In this document: piece after piece, positions 18,921 to 29,087 of the stretch | Layout of the letters: the number at the start of each line of letters is the position of its first letter | Numbering within the stretch: position 1 is the first letter of the stretch | NCBI GenBank assembly: GCA_963817525.1 | Contig: CAWFOU010000001.1 | Span: 576,001-640,000, forward strand | Direction: 5' to 3' | Origin: an uncultured archaeon | Lineage (GTDB): Archaea > Thermoproteota > Nitrososphaeria > Nitrososphaerales > Gagatemarchaeaceae | Length of the DNA stretch: 64,000 nt | Translations under genes and position numbers: made by a program | The notes under the pieces: generated by a model | What the model was told of the DNA's origin: nothing | Databases searched by the model: none | What the model saw: only the letters and a program-made list of their open reading frames with translations

Positions 18921-19340
18921 TTGTCTTCGGTGATATTTCGCAAGTTCGGGGAGGAGTTGAACGCCTTCCTGGGGAGGCACGTCGTCGTCGTGGCGGGCGA
19001 CGGGAAGGAGTACACGGGCATGCTCGTGGGAGCGGACGACAAGCTCAACATCGTGCTCGACAAGGTCGTGGGGGCGGGGCCCAACGTCTTCAAGGTCGCG
19101 ATGAACGGCGACAGCGTCAGGGAGATCAGGCTCACCGAGAGGCCCTTCGACTTCAAGGCCCTCGGCGAGAGGCTCAACAGGGTGTTCCCAGGGCTGGTCT
19201 CGGTCAGGGAGGACATCGGCGCGATCATAGTTATGGAGAAGGTGAAGGTCACCGAGAAGGGCGTGACCGAGGGGACGGGTCTCGCCGCGGACAAGGTGAG
19301 GGCGATCTTCGACGACTATGTGCGCGAGGCCAAGAAGTAG
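18921..19340 (+). CDS. Lsm family RNA-binding protein (SmAP3-type)
   Basis: Sm fold YTGMLVGADDKLNIVL plus a C-terminal extension domain. Confidence 0.85.
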   Translation: MSSVIFRKFGEELNAFLGRHVVVVAGDGKEYTGMLVGADDKLNIVLDKVVGAGPNVFKVAMNGDSVREIRLTERPFDFKALGERLNRVFPGLVSVREDIGAIIVMEKVKVTEKGVTEGTGLAADKVRAIFDDYVREAKK

Positions 19341-19341
19341 C

Positions 19342-20694
19342 TCAAGCGACGATGCTCGGGTACTCTATCTTCGTTGGCGCCCAGTCCTCGAGGTTCCCGT
19401 CGAGGTACGCCTGGTAGGCGCTGAGGTCGAGGAGCCCGTGGCCTGAGTTGTTGAAGACTATCACCTTCGCCTGGTTCTTCTCGCGGCACCTCAGGGCTTC
19501 GTCGATTACGAACTTGATCTCGTGAGCCGACTCGGGAGCGGGGATTATCCCCTCCGTCCTGGCGAAGGTCACCGCCGCCTCGAAGACCTCCTTCTGCCCG
19601 AAGGCGACCGACCTCATGAGACCCTTGTCTATGAGGTAGGAGATTATGGGGGCCATCGCGTGGTATCGCAGGCCGCCCGCGTGGATGGGCGGGGTCTTGT
19701 AGTCCTTGCCGAGGGTGTACATCTTCAGGAGCGGGGTCATGCCCGCGGTGTCCCCAAAGTCGTAGGTGTACTTGCCCTTGGTCGTGTGCGGGATGGCGCT
19801 CGACTCGCACGCCACGAACTCCATGGGCAGGTTCTTGGTTATCTTGTCCCCCATCAGCGGGAGGCAGAACCCGCCGAAGTTCGAGCCGCCCCCGATGTTC
19901 CCGACCACCAGGTCGGGGGTGACGTCCAGGAGCTCAAGCTGCTTCTTCAGCTCCAGCCCTATCACGGTCTGGTGCAGGAGGACGTGGTTGAGCACGGAGC
20001 CCAGGCAGTACTTTGACTTTTCATCGCTCAGGGTGTCCTCGATCGCCTCGCTGATGGCTATCCCCAGCGAGCCCGGGTCCTTGAGGTCCTTCGCGAGTAG
20101 GGACCTGCCGAACTTGGTCTTGTCGCTCGGGGAGGAGATGCACTCCGCGCCCCACGTCTCCATCATGGTCCTCCGGCCCGGCTTTTGGCTGAAGCTCGCG
20201 GCCACCATGTAGACCCTCGTCTTGAGCCCGAAGTAGGCGGACGACATCGCTAGCGCGGAGCCCCACTGTCCGGCCCCGGTCTCGGTGACCAGCCTCTCAG
20301 TGCCCTCCTTCTTGTTGTAGTAGGCCTGGGCGAGCGCGGTGTTGGGCTTGTGGCTCCCCGTCGGGTTGACGCCCTCCCACTTGTAGTAGATCTTCGCGGG
20401 CGTCTTCAGCAAGTTCTCGAGCCTGTACGCCCTGTAGAGCGGCGTTGGCCGCGGGAGCCACCGATAGGCCTCCATAAGCTCGTCGGGGATCTTGATCCAC
20501 CTCTCCTGCGAGACCTCCTGCCCCACGAGCTCCTTCGGGAATAGCCTGAAGAGGGGCTCGGGCGACATGGGCTCATGAGTCGCCGGGTTGAGAGGAGGGG
20601 GGAGCCTGTCTGGAAGGTCCGCCTGGATGTTATACCAAGACGCCGGTATCTCGTCCTGCGTCAGGAAGGTAGCGCGCTCTTTCGGGGAGCTCAT
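19342..20694 (-). CDS. trpB2: Tryptophan synthase beta chain, TrpB2 type
   Basis: [25 protein letters not shown] and IHAGGLRYH motifs. Confidence 0.93.
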   Translation of the reverse strand: MSSPKERATFLTQDEIPASWYNIQADLPDRLPPPLNPATHEPMSPEPLFRLFPKELVGQEVSQERWIKIPDELMEAYRWLPRPTPLYRAYRLENLLKTPAKIYYKWEGVNPTGSHKPNTALAQAYYNKKEGTERLVTETGAGQWGSALAMSSAYFGLKTRVYMVAASFSQKPGRRTMMETWGAECISSPSDKTKFGRSLLAKDLKDPGSLGIAISEAIEDTLSDEKSKYCLGSVLNHVLLHQTVIGLELKKQLELLDVTPDLVVGNIGGGSNFGGFCLPLMGDKITKNLPMEFVACESSAIPHTTKGKYTYDFGDTAGMTPLLKMYTLGKDYKTPPIHAGGLRYHAMAPIISYLIDKGLMRSVAFGQKEVFEAAVTFARTEGIIPAPESAHEIKFVIDEALRCREKNQAKVIVFNNSGHGLLDLSAYQAYLDGNLEDWAPTKIEYPSIVA

Positions 20695-20801
20695 GGCGAG
20701 CGCGATTCAGTCTCCCCGAACTAATAACCGTTCTCGGGACCCATCTCCCAGCCGGGCTTTAACCGAAACTGCTAAAGGCGAATCGGGGCTGGGCACCCTC
20801 C

Positions 20802-21866
20802 TTGAGACTGGTCCTGGCCGGCTTCGGCGTGGTCGGGCAGAGCTTCGCTCGACTCCTGATGGCACAGGAGAAGGACCTCGCGCTCAGGTACGGCCTGGTA
20901 TGTCAGGTCGTGGGGATCATGGACAGCGCCGGGTGGCTCGTCGACGAGCACGGCATCGACCTGAAAAAGGCCCTCAGGGTGAAGAAGGAGACCGGCAGGG
21001 TGGCCCGCGGAGGGCACGCAGCCCGGCCCTCGAAGGACGTCATCAGGGACCTGGAGGCGGAGGTGCTCATCGAGGCGACCCCCACCAACTTCAAGACGGG
21101 CGAGCCGGGCTTCACCAATATGAAGGCGGCGTTCGAGAGCAAGAAGCACGTTATCACGTGCAACAAGGGGCCTCTGGCGATAGCATACTACGCGCTGCAC
21201 GAGCTCGCCAGGCACAACGGCGTCCAGCTGAGGTTCAGCGGGGCGGTGGGAGGGGGGACGCCCGTCCTGGACTTTGGGAAGACCTGCTCAATGGGCGACC
21301 AGCTCATCGGGATGAGGGGGATCTTGAACGGGACCTGCAACTACATCCTCACGAAGATGGAGTGGGAAGGCCTCTCGTTCGACGAGGCGCTCGACGGGGC
21401 GAAGAAGGCCGGCTACGCGGAGGCCGACCCGTCCCTCGACATCGACGGCTACGACAGCGCGGTGAAGCTGGTCATCACGGCGAACCACCTGCTCCTGAGC
21501 AAGGCGGGGATCAAGGACGTGAAGGTGAGCGGGATAAGGGGGATATCGTCGAAGGACGTGCAAAAGGCCAAGAAGGAAGGCAAGGCGGTCAGGCTTATCG
21601 CCTCGTTCTCCCCCGAGAGGGGCCTGATAGTGGAGCCCGTGATGATCGAGAGGGAGCACCCGCTCTGCATAAACGGCGCGAACAACGCGGTGGAGTTCGA
21701 GTGCGAGTACTCCGGCCCGAAGGTGATAATAGGGAAGGGCGCCGGGGGGCCAGAGACCGCTTCGTCTTTGCTCAGAGACCTGCTAGAGATCAGGGGGAGG
21801 ATAAACGGCCCGTCCGCGCCGCTGCCGCAGTTCGGGCTGGGAGAGTCCTCCGGGGGAAGGAGCTGA
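20802..21866 (+). CDS. hom: Homoserine dehydrogenase
   Basis: GFGVVG, TCNKGPL, GILNGTCNYIL, GYAEADPSLDIDG and GAGGPETA motifs. Confidence 0.93.
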   Translation: MRLVLAGFGVVGQSFARLLMAQEKDLALRYGLVCQVVGIMDSAGWLVDEHGIDLKKALRVKKETGRVARGGHAARPSKDVIRDLEAEVLIEATPTNFKTGEPGFTNMKAAFESKKHVITCNKGPLAIAYYALHELARHNGVQLRFSGAVGGGTPVLDFGKTCSMGDQLIGMRGILNGTCNYILTKMEWEGLSFDEALDGAKKAGYAEADPSLDIDGYDSAVKLVITANHLLLSKAGIKDVKVSGIRGISSKDVQKAKKEGKAVRLIASFSPERGLIVEPVMIEREHPLCINGANNAVEFECEYSGPKVIIGKGAGGPETASSLLRDLLEIRGRINGPSAPLPQFGLGESSGGRS

Positions 21867-21867
21867 C

Positions 21868-23286
21868 GTGAAGGTCGTCATGAAGTTCGGGGGCAGCTCG
21901 GTCGCCTCCGCCGAGCGCATCAAGAACGTCGCCGACAGGGTGAAGGGGAGCGGCAAGGGGCACCAGGTGGTCGTGGTCTGCTCGGCGATGGGCGACGTCA
22001 CCGACGAGCTCCTCGCGCTCTGCGCGGACGCCTCCAAGGGGCTGGAGAAGCCCGTCGAGGAGCGGCTCGCTTCGCTCAGGGAGTCACACCTCGCGGCTCT
22101 CACTGCGACGGTCGGTGACAAAGCGGTCAGGCGGCAGGTGCAGGCGATCCTCAACGTCACGCTGATCCAGCTCGAGAAGCTCGCGAGGGGGAGCACCGTG
22201 CTGGGAGAGCTGACGCCGAGGTCCAGGGACGCGATACTCGCCTGCGGCGAGAGGCTATCCAACCCGATAGTGATGGGGGCGCTCATCGAGCGAGGCATGG
22301 ACGCCGTCTACCTGACCGGGGGGGAGGCCGGGATAATGACGGACGACAGGTTCGGCGACGCCACGCCCCTAATGGAGGTGACCAAGTTCCAGGTCAAGGA
22401 GAAGCTCTCGCCGCTACTCTCAGAAGGCAAGACCCCGGTGGTCACGGGGTACACCGGGGCGACGCAGAGCGGGGACACCACCACGCTGGGGAGGGGCGGC
22501 TCGGACTTTACGGGGACGATCATCGCAGCGGCCATCGACGCCGACGAGGTGTGGATCTGGAGCGACGTAGACGGGCTCATGACGGCCGACCCGAGGCTAG
22601 TCCCCAACGCGAAGGTGCTGCGCGAGATATCCTACGAGGAGGCGGGGGAGATGGCGGTCTTCGGGGTGAAGGCCCTACACCCGCGGACCCTCGAGCCAGT
22701 GGCGGAGAAAGGCATCCCCGTCAGGTTCAGGAACACGTTCAAGCCGGACGACGAAGGCTCGCTTGTGAAGCGCCACCCGAAGCTCTACGCCACCAGCGTG
22801 GTCAAGGCGGTCGCGCTCGTCAGGGAGGTGGCGGTGATCACGGTGGCGGGGGCGAGCATGGTCGGCAAGCCGGGGAGCGCGGCGAGGATATTCGACGTGA
22901 TGGGGCGAAGCGGCATCAACGTCCTGATGATCTCACAGAGCGTGTCCGAGTCGAACATCAGCATGGTGGTCGGCAGGTCATCTGTGGATAAGGGGGCGAA
23001 CGCCCTCGAGCTGGCCCTGCTTGGGCAGGGGGGCTACAGGCACATACTCACGGAGGACGACGTGAGCGCGGTCGCCATAGTGGGTGGCGCCATGAGGACC
23101 ACCAAGGGGGTTGCCGCGACCGCGTTCGGCGCAATCTCCGCGAAGGGCATCAACGTCAAGATGATCGCCTCGGGCTCCTCCAACCAGAACCTCTCGCTGA
23201 TCGTGGCGGAGAAGGACGCGAAGGAGACGGTCAGGGCTATACACTCCGCCTTCCACCTCGAGAGGCTCAACTCGCGCGCTGGCTGA
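21868..23286 (+). CDS. lysC: Aspartate kinase
   Basis: VMKFGGSS, TLGRGGSD, DVDG..TADP and two ACT domains. Confidence 0.93.
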   Translation: MKVVMKFGGSSVASAERIKNVADRVKGSGKGHQVVVVCSAMGDVTDELLALCADASKGLEKPVEERLASLRESHLAALTATVGDKAVRRQVQAILNVTLIQLEKLARGSTVLGELTPRSRDAILACGERLSNPIVMGALIERGMDAVYLTGGEAGIMTDDRFGDATPLMEVTKFQVKEKLSPLLSEGKTPVVTGYTGATQSGDTTTLGRGGSDFTGTIIAAAIDADEVWIWSDVDGLMTADPRLVPNAKVLREISYEEAGEMAVFGVKALHPRTLEPVAEKGIPVRFRNTFKPDDEGSLVKRHPKLYATSVVKAVALVREVAVITVAGASMVGKPGSAARIFDVMGRSGINVLMISQSVSESNISMVVGRSSVDKGANALELALLGQGGYRHILTEDDVSAVAIVGGAMRTTKGVAATAFGAISAKGINVKMIASGSSNQNLSLIVAEKDAKETVRAIHSAFHLERLNSRAG

Positions 23287-23418
23287 ACGGGCTCAAGCGT
23301 CGATGTCCGGTTTCGACGAGTAATCGACAATCGCGAAAGAATAACAATTTCAGAATCACAAATACCTAAAGTGTATATATCGCATTTGGCAATTTTCGTC
23401 GAGCGGAACTAGTAGGAA

Positions 23419-23775
23419 ATGGTGAGTCCCTCAATCAGCGCGGTCGCGACGGAAAAGAGCGGTTTCGAGGAGCTTCTAGAGGGGACGATAGTGGGTTCGA
23501 TTCGAGACCTTCTGGGGGAGTCCTCAATGAAGGCGATCCTCTACCACGTGGGCTTGGAGAGGTTGGCGAAAGACCCTCGAGCCTTCGACCTCAGGCTGCG
23601 CGAGCTCCTGAACGCCCCCGCCGAGATAATAGAAGAGGTCATAATCAAGGACCTGTTCAAGCGGCTCGACCTGCTCTACGCTCCCAAGGGGACCTTCGAC
23701 TTTCAAAAATACGCGGATGCAGCCAAGGGGGTCTATGCGGTCCAGGAGAGGCGGTTAGTGAGGGAGCGAGCATGA
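23419..23775 (+). CDS. DUF3227-like protein
   Basis: LLGESSMKAILYH..DPRAFD..L..AEIIEEVIIKDLFKRL; first gene of an overlapping operon with the KaiC-like gene. Confidence 0.6.
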   Translation: MVSPSISAVATEKSGFEELLEGTIVGSIRDLLGESSMKAILYHVGLERLAKDPRAFDLRLRELLNAPAEIIEEVIIKDLFKRLDLLYAPKGTFDFQKYADAAKGVYAVQERRLVRERA

Positions 23776-24071
23776 GCCGATCACCCGACGCGCTAAGCGC
23801 GTTGCTTTCGTCCAGCAACAAGGCGGACCTTTTGCTCTTGTTCCACAGGAACCCGGGGTTGATAGACACGATCGAAGGGATAGGAAGACGCTTGGGCAAG
23901 AGAGGCGACGCTATCGCCTCGGACGTCTCGGAGCTCGCGACCGCCTCGATCCTCCAAAAGAAGACGGTCGGCAGGTCTGAGGTCTACTTCCTCAACAGGG
24001 AGAAGGACAGGGAAGCTCAGAGGGACGTCGCGGCCTACATCGTCAATCTTGGGGAGAAGAGACCGACTTGA
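23772..24071 (+). CDS. Small winged-helix protein
   Basis: LLLFHRNPGLIDTIEGIGRRLG; ATGA overlaps with both neighbours. Confidence 0.65.
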   Translation: MSRSPDALSALLSSSNKADLLLLFHRNPGLIDTIEGIGRRLGKRGDAIASDVSELATASILQKKTVGRSEVYFLNREKDREAQRDVAAYIVNLGEKRPT

Positions 24072-24874
24072 TGAACGAGGTTTCCATGACTGCAACCCCG
24101 AGGGTGAAGACCGGCATCCCAGAGTTCGACGCGATGCTGCGCGGCGGGTTCATGAAAGGGGACGCTGTCATGCTGGCGGGCAGCGCCGGAACAGGGAAGA
24201 CGACCCTCGCCCTGCAGTACCTCATGAGTGGGATTAGGGACGCCGGCGAAGGAGGCATCTACCTGACCTTCGAGCAGCACCCCGACCAGATATACAGGGA
24301 CGCCAAGACATTCGGCTGGGACCTCCCGAAGATGGAGGCGGAGGACAAGCTCAGGATCGTCTTCACCTCGCCCGACCTTCTCATGGGAGAAGGGGACCCA
24401 GAGTCGCTCCTCGAAGAGCCGATAAAGGCGGTGAACGCCAGACGCATAGTGGTCGACTCGCTGTCGCACCTGTCCATGTTCGCGAAGAACGACGACATCA
24501 GGCAGGAGACCTACAGGGTCGTCAACTTCTTCAAGCTGAAGGGCATGAGCACCCTCCTGATATGGGAGTCGCCCCAAGTCCTCGGCCAATCGTACTCCAT
24601 CAGCGACGTAGGCCTGAGCTTCTTGGTGGACTCGATAGTCTCGCTGAAGTTCGTCGAGATCGACTCCTCGATAAGGAGGGCGATGGTCATCCTCAAGATG
24701 AGGGGAAGCGACCATGACAAGGCGCTACGCGAATACGAGATAACGAAGGACGGGGTCAAGGTCCACGCTTCCTTCAAGGACTATCAGGGGATAATGTCGG
24801 GGTCGCCGACCAAGGTCGCCTCAGAGAAGTTCGTAGACGCCTTCCGCGGTGCCGCGGCAAAGAAGGGCAAGTGA
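24068..24874 (+). CDS. KaiC/RAD55-family single-domain ATPase
   Basis: TGIPEFDAMLRGG, GSAGTGKT, YLTFEQ, IVVDS and KMRGSDHD motifs. Confidence 0.9.
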   Translation: MMNEVSMTATPRVKTGIPEFDAMLRGGFMKGDAVMLAGSAGTGKTTLALQYLMSGIRDAGEGGIYLTFEQHPDQIYRDAKTFGWDLPKMEAEDKLRIVFTSPDLLMGEGDPESLLEEPIKAVNARRIVVDSLSHLSMFAKNDDIRQETYRVVNFFKLKGMSTLLIWESPQVLGQSYSISDVGLSFLVDSIVSLKFVEIDSSIRRAMVILKMRGSDHDKALREYEITKDGVKVHASFKDYQGIMSGSPTKVASEKFVDAFRGAAAKKGK

Positions 24875-25281
24875 TAGAGATGGTCTCAATGCAAGAGCTG
24901 TCCATCCTGGGCGGATTGGGCCTGGTGCAAGGAGTCCTCACGATCATGGCTGCATACTACGGGTACAGGATCACGCGAATCGTCGGGACCTTCTGGGCGT
25001 GGGCGTTCATCGTGGCAGCCTCCGCTCTCTCCGCGTTCAGGGCGATCAGTTCCGTAGGACCGATCTCCTACGTCCCCACCAACCTGGACGGTCCTACCCT
25101 TAGTGCGGTTGGCAATAGCGCGATAGTGTTCAGCGAAGTCATCAACATGTCAGAAGCGGTCCTGTTCGCCGCAGGGATGTACGGCCTCTACAGGATATTT
25201 CACGGGCAGAAGAAGGAGGAACCGCCGAGACAGCTAGTGAGTCCTCTAGTCCAGGCGACCCCAGAAACGACGCTCGACTGA
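24871..25281 (+). CDS. Small membrane protein (about 3 TM)
   Basis: Hydrophobic segments; GTGA overlap with the KaiC-like gene. Confidence 0.65.
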   Translation: MIEMVSMQELSILGGLGLVQGVLTIMAAYYGYRITRIVGTFWAWAFIVAASALSAFRAISSVGPISYVPTNLDGPTLSAVGNSAIVFSEVINMSEAVLFAAGMYGLYRIFHGQKKEEPPRQLVSPLVQATPETTLD

Positions 25282-25358
25282 TCTTCAAACGCGCTTCGTG
25301 CCCGTAGCATCGCGGCCCCGCCGCGACCTCGACATTGTCCTGACCCTGCAGGCTGTGC

Positions 25359-26510
25359 TCAGGACTTGTCTGGAAGGGCCTCGAGCGTATCGATGAGCTT
25401 CGGGACGAACTCGTAGAGGTCACCGACGACCGAGTACTGTGCGGCGAGCAGTATCGGGGCGCTTGCGTCCGGGTTGACGGCCAGTATCTTCTTCGCCCTG
25501 ATCCCCGCCCTGTGCGGGGCCGAGCCGCTGACTCCGAGCGCTATGTAGAGGTCCGGGCTGATCAGCGTGCCGGTCTGCCCGAGCTCGTGGTCCCTCGTGA
25601 TTATGCCCTCGAGCGCCTTTACCTGGGCCATCACAAGCCCCCTCGAGGCGCCTATCTCTGTCTTCAGTCCCCACTTCCTCTCGATGAGCTCCTTGAGCTC
25701 AGTGGCGAGCTTGTAGGCCACCAGGGGGTTCCTGGGGGTGCCGTCAGCACCGCGGAGGATCCCCATCCCGAGCCCGATGACGACACTCGCGTTGTCGAGG
25801 TCGACGTTGGTCTTTGGCAGCTCGACCAGCTCCTTGACCGTGAGCGCGTACGCCTTGCCCGGGCGCGGGAGCTGGACCTTCTCGACCTTGGCCTTGGACC
25901 TCCTGCTCGGGTCCCTGACGAGGGGAGTGAAGCTCCCGGGCTTTAGGGTCGCTACCTGCGGCCTGTGCCTGGGCGTCCAGATCTTTGCCACCCTGCTCCC
26001 AAAGTCAGGCCTCACCTGGGTCATGGTCTTGGGGAACATCTCGTTGAACTTGGGGTTGAAGTAGTCCTGGACCTCAAAGTCGACATTGTCCGTCGCGAGC
26101 CCGGAGTTCACCCTGTAGGCGAGCCTGGCAGCGAGCTCTCTCCCGAACTCGGTAGCGAGGAAGATTATCGCGTATGGCTTCCTCTTGATTATCATGGCCT
26201 CGAGGGTGTCGATCATCCGCATCGAGTGGTAGGTCCGCAGGGCCGGGTCGTCGACGACGAGGACGAGGTCAGCTCCGTAGTCTATCGCCTCCTCAGGGAG
26301 GCCTCTTAGGTGGTTGCCGAGTATGAGCCCCACGAGCTTCTGGCCGACCTGGTCAGCGACCTTCCTTCCTGCCGCGAGGAGCTCGAGAGAGTCGTTCGAG
26401 AGGTGGCCGTCCGACCTCTGGAGGAAGACCCAGACGTCCTTGTAGTCTGCGAGCACGACCTTTGCCGAGGTCGTCGCGGGGGCCGATGTGGCCGAGGCGG
26501 TGGTGCTCAT
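25359..26510 (-). CDS. etfA: Electron transfer flavoprotein alpha subunit (FixB-like)
   Basis: GRELAARLA, GQTG..ISPDLYIALGVSG and AVNPD.SAPI motifs. Confidence 0.85.
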   Translation of the reverse strand: MSTTASATSAPATTSAKVVLADYKDVWVFLQRSDGHLSNDSLELLAAGRKVADQVGQKLVGLILGNHLRGLPEEAIDYGADLVLVVDDPALRTYHSMRMIDTLEAMIIKRKPYAIIFLATEFGRELAARLAYRVNSGLATDNVDFEVQDYFNPKFNEMFPKTMTQVRPDFGSRVAKIWTPRHRPQVATLKPGSFTPLVRDPSRRSKAKVEKVQLPRPGKAYALTVKELVELPKTNVDLDNASVVIGLGMGILRGADGTPRNPLVAYKLATELKELIERKWGLKTEIGASRGLVMAQVKALEGIITRDHELGQTGTLISPDLYIALGVSGSAPHRAGIRAKKILAVNPDASAPILLAAQYSVVGDLYEFVPKLIDTLEALPDKS

Positions 26511-27685
26511 GCCAGCAGCTCCGTGCCTAGCATCTGCAGGGTGAACGGGGTGAGCGCTCCCTTTGCGAACCAGTCGTCCTTGAGGGACTGGGGCAGAGCG
26601 TCGGCGACGTCACCCGTCTTGAAGGGGCCGTAATCCTTCCCTTCCCATGTGACCTTGTCCACCGACCTCGTGAAGACCAGGGTCTTGTCGAGCGTCTTCT
26701 GTCCGGAGGGCGCGCCCATGATTATGGCAGGCCCTACGATGACCGCCGAGCCGCCGAACCCGAGCCTCGCCGGGTCCGCATCGAGGATGTCAGCCGTCCA
26801 CTTTATCGGGTCGGTCACCTTCCCCTTGTAGTAGTTCTCTATCACGCGGTTGAAGTCCACGGACTGGATGGTCTTCGGGGAGTACTCGGGGGCGAAGGTC
26901 ATCAGGCAGGGCGCCTCTATCTCAAGCCTCTGGATGGACCTCCCGATCCTCCTCCCCGCGTGGATCCTCAGGGAGTCGGGGTCGACGTCCAGCTCCTCCA
27001 CATAGGTCGCGTGGGGCAGCTCGATGCCCATCTTCTGGGAGACAACCTCGGCCACCTGGGGGCCTACGCTCCCCGTCTCTCCGTCGGTGGTCCTTATCCC
27101 CGCCACCACGACGAACTTTGTGACGTTTGACCTCTCGGTCTTGAGCCTGGCGATGGCCTCCTCCCTCGACAGGTTCCCCTCGACCAGGTGCCCGATCACG
27201 GAGGTGCGCGTCCCGGGCTCCTCGTTGTAGACCTTGTTGGGGAGCAGGTTCTGGTCGTATAGCTCCCTGGCCTTTGCCTCTATCTCCTGGACCGACGCGC
27301 CGTCGCTGACGAGCTTGATGAGCGTGTCGAACGGCACGACGTGCTTCTCGTAGACCTTGAAGACAGCGTGGCCCACCGCGTAGGAGGTCGCGACGGTGTC
27401 CGACCCGGCCAGCCTCGGGTCGCTCAGGATGATCTCCTCGTCGACGCCCGTGGCCTCGGCGTTGAAGAGCGGCGTCAGGATGGGCTTTAGCCTCGCGTCC
27501 GGGCCCATGCTAAGAGTTACTATCTTCCCTCCGACCCTCCTCTTGAGGTAGTCAGCTGCCACTATGGCCGTTTCGTCGTTCGGGTTCACGACCATCTCCA
27601 TGGCGTCGCGCTGCACGATGTTGTCGACCCTGACGACCTTCGCGGTCCTCGCTGGCACCCCCTTCACTAGTGCTATGATGAGCAA
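26507..27685 (-). CDS. etfB: Electron transfer flavoprotein beta subunit (FixA-like, with insertion)
   Basis: LVKGVP, NPNDE, SMGP, AGSDTVATS and TDGETGSVGPQVAE motifs. Confidence 0.83.
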   Translation of the reverse strand: MLIIALVKGVPARTAKVVRVDNIVQRDAMEMVVNPNDETAIVAADYLKRRVGGKIVTLSMGPDARLKPILTPLFNAEATGVDEEIILSDPRLAGSDTVATSYAVGHAVFKVYEKHVVPFDTLIKLVSDGASVQEIEAKARELYDQNLLPNKVYNEEPGTRTSVIGHLVEGNLSREEAIARLKTERSNVTKFVVVAGIRTTDGETGSVGPQVAEVVSQKMGIELPHATYVEELDVDPDSLRIHAGRRIGRSIQRLEIEAPCLMTFAPEYSPKTIQSVDFNRVIENYYKGKVTDPIKWTADILDADPARLGFGGSAVIVGPAIIMGAPSGQKTLDKTLVFTRSVDKVTWEGKDYGPFKTGDVADALPQSLKDDWFAKGALTPFTLQMLGTELLA

Positions 27686-27801
27686 TGTCGTCCTCTGGCA
27701 AACATGGCGGGAATAAAAGTATTGAGGGAAAACGAGGGTTGCGAAGTCTTCTTCGACAATCGCTATACTTTTGAGAATAGCCGCCGCGCTGGTCTAGCGG
27801 C

Positions 27802-28719
27802 CTAGAGCGCAGCCTGGATGGCCTTGATGCCCTCGCGTATGGTCTGGGCGCCCTTTGAGAACTGGGCCTTTTCCCGGTCGTCGAGGTCCAGCGGGAGTAT
27901 CTTCTCGATCCCGTTCGCCCCGAGCACGAGAGGGACACCGATGCATAGCCCGCTGAGCCCGTACTCCCCCTCGAGGTACGCGGAGGCGGGGATCACCTCC
28001 CTCCGGTCCCAGGCTATGGCCTTGACCATCCTCACCACGGCGTTCGCCGGGGCGTCCACCGTGCCGCCCTTCTTCGAGATGACCTCTATGGCTATCCTCC
28101 TCGTGGCCTCCATCGCCTGGGCCACCTGGGTCTCGTCCATCAGCTTGGTAAGGGGCACACCGCCGATCGAGGTGTACCTCGCGAGAGGGAGCATGCTCTC
28201 GCCGTGCTCCCCGATGACCAGCGAGGTCACGGAGGAGTGGGATACGTCGAGCATCGCCGATATGGTGGACTTGAACCTGGAGAGGTCGAGGATCCCGCCC
28301 ATCCCCACCACCCTTCCCTTGGGGAACCCGGTCTTCCTCAGCACGACGTAGTTCATCACGTCCATCGGGTTGGTCACCGTCAGAGCGATGCACCCGGGGG
28401 CGTGCTTCGCGACCTCCTTGGCGACGGAGGCCACTATGCCTGCGTTCTTCTCGAGGAGGTCCATCCTCGTCATCCCTGGCTTGCGCGCCAGGCCCGCCGT
28501 GATAACCACCACCTCCGAGCCGCGGAGAGACGAGAAGTCAGTCGACCCCCTCACGTCGACGTCCACCCCAGTCTCTGCTATCTTCTGAGAGATGTCCATG
28601 GCCTCCCCATCGGCGAGGCCCGGGACTATGTCGACCAGGGTGACGTCGTCGATCCCCGCGGACGCGACCTCGAGCGCGGCCTGCGCGCCAACCCTCCCAG
28701 CACCAAGGAAGCCGATCAT
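27802..28719 (-). CDS. mdh: Malate dehydrogenase (LDH-like)
   Basis: GAGRVG, TAGLARKPGMTRMDL and GEHG motifs. Confidence 0.92.
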   Translation of the reverse strand: MIGFLGAGRVGAQAALEVASAGIDDVTLVDIVPGLADGEAMDISQKIAETGVDVDVRGSTDFSSLRGSEVVVITAGLARKPGMTRMDLLEKNAGIVASVAKEVAKHAPGCIALTVTNPMDVMNYVVLRKTGFPKGRVVGMGGILDLSRFKSTISAMLDVSHSSVTSLVIGEHGESMLPLARYTSIGGVPLTKLMDETQVAQAMEATRRIAIEVISKKGGTVDAPANAVVRMVKAIAWDRREVIPASAYLEGEYGLSGLCIGVPLVLGANGIEKILPLDLDDREKAQFSKGAQTIREGIKAIQAAL

Positions 28720-28799
28720 GTCGGTGTTCGCAACAGCTCCGAGCGGGACATCAACTCGGGGTCAGTAAAAAAGTTAGCAGCGATGCGCATGAGGCGCGC

Positions 28800-29087
28800 T
28801 TATAGCCTCAGGCCGTACGATTGGGCAAAGTCCTCGAACTGGACGTATTGCTGCAGGAACATCCTGCCCTTGTCGCTTATCCTATACTTTGGGTTCTTTT
28901 CCAGCGTCTCCTCTAGGAGCAGGCCTGCGCCGACGAGCTCCACGATGAGCTTGGTCATGCGGCTGTATGAGACGTTGCCCCGCCTCAGGAGCGTGGTTAT
29001 CCCAACGCCTTGGCCGTCCTGGTTTAGGTCACGAGCGGTCGCTAGTATGTCCGCGATGATCTTGCCCTGGGTTCTATACTGGGGCAT
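28800..29087 (-). CDS. Archaeal winged-helix regulator
   Basis: YRTQGKIIADIL..YRISDKGRMFL. Confidence 0.8.
   Translation of the reverse strand: MPQYRTQGKIIADILATARDLNQDGQGVGITTLLRRGNVSYSRMTKLIVELVGAGLLLEETLEKNPKYRISDKGRMFLQQYVQFEDFAQSYGLRL

Noticed and set aside
20588-21871. Long Arg/Gly-rich alternative-frame ORFs (this one, 49630-50643, 54159-55106, 56299-57213 and similar)
   Set aside because: Shadow ORFs caused by high GC3 in overlapping real genes
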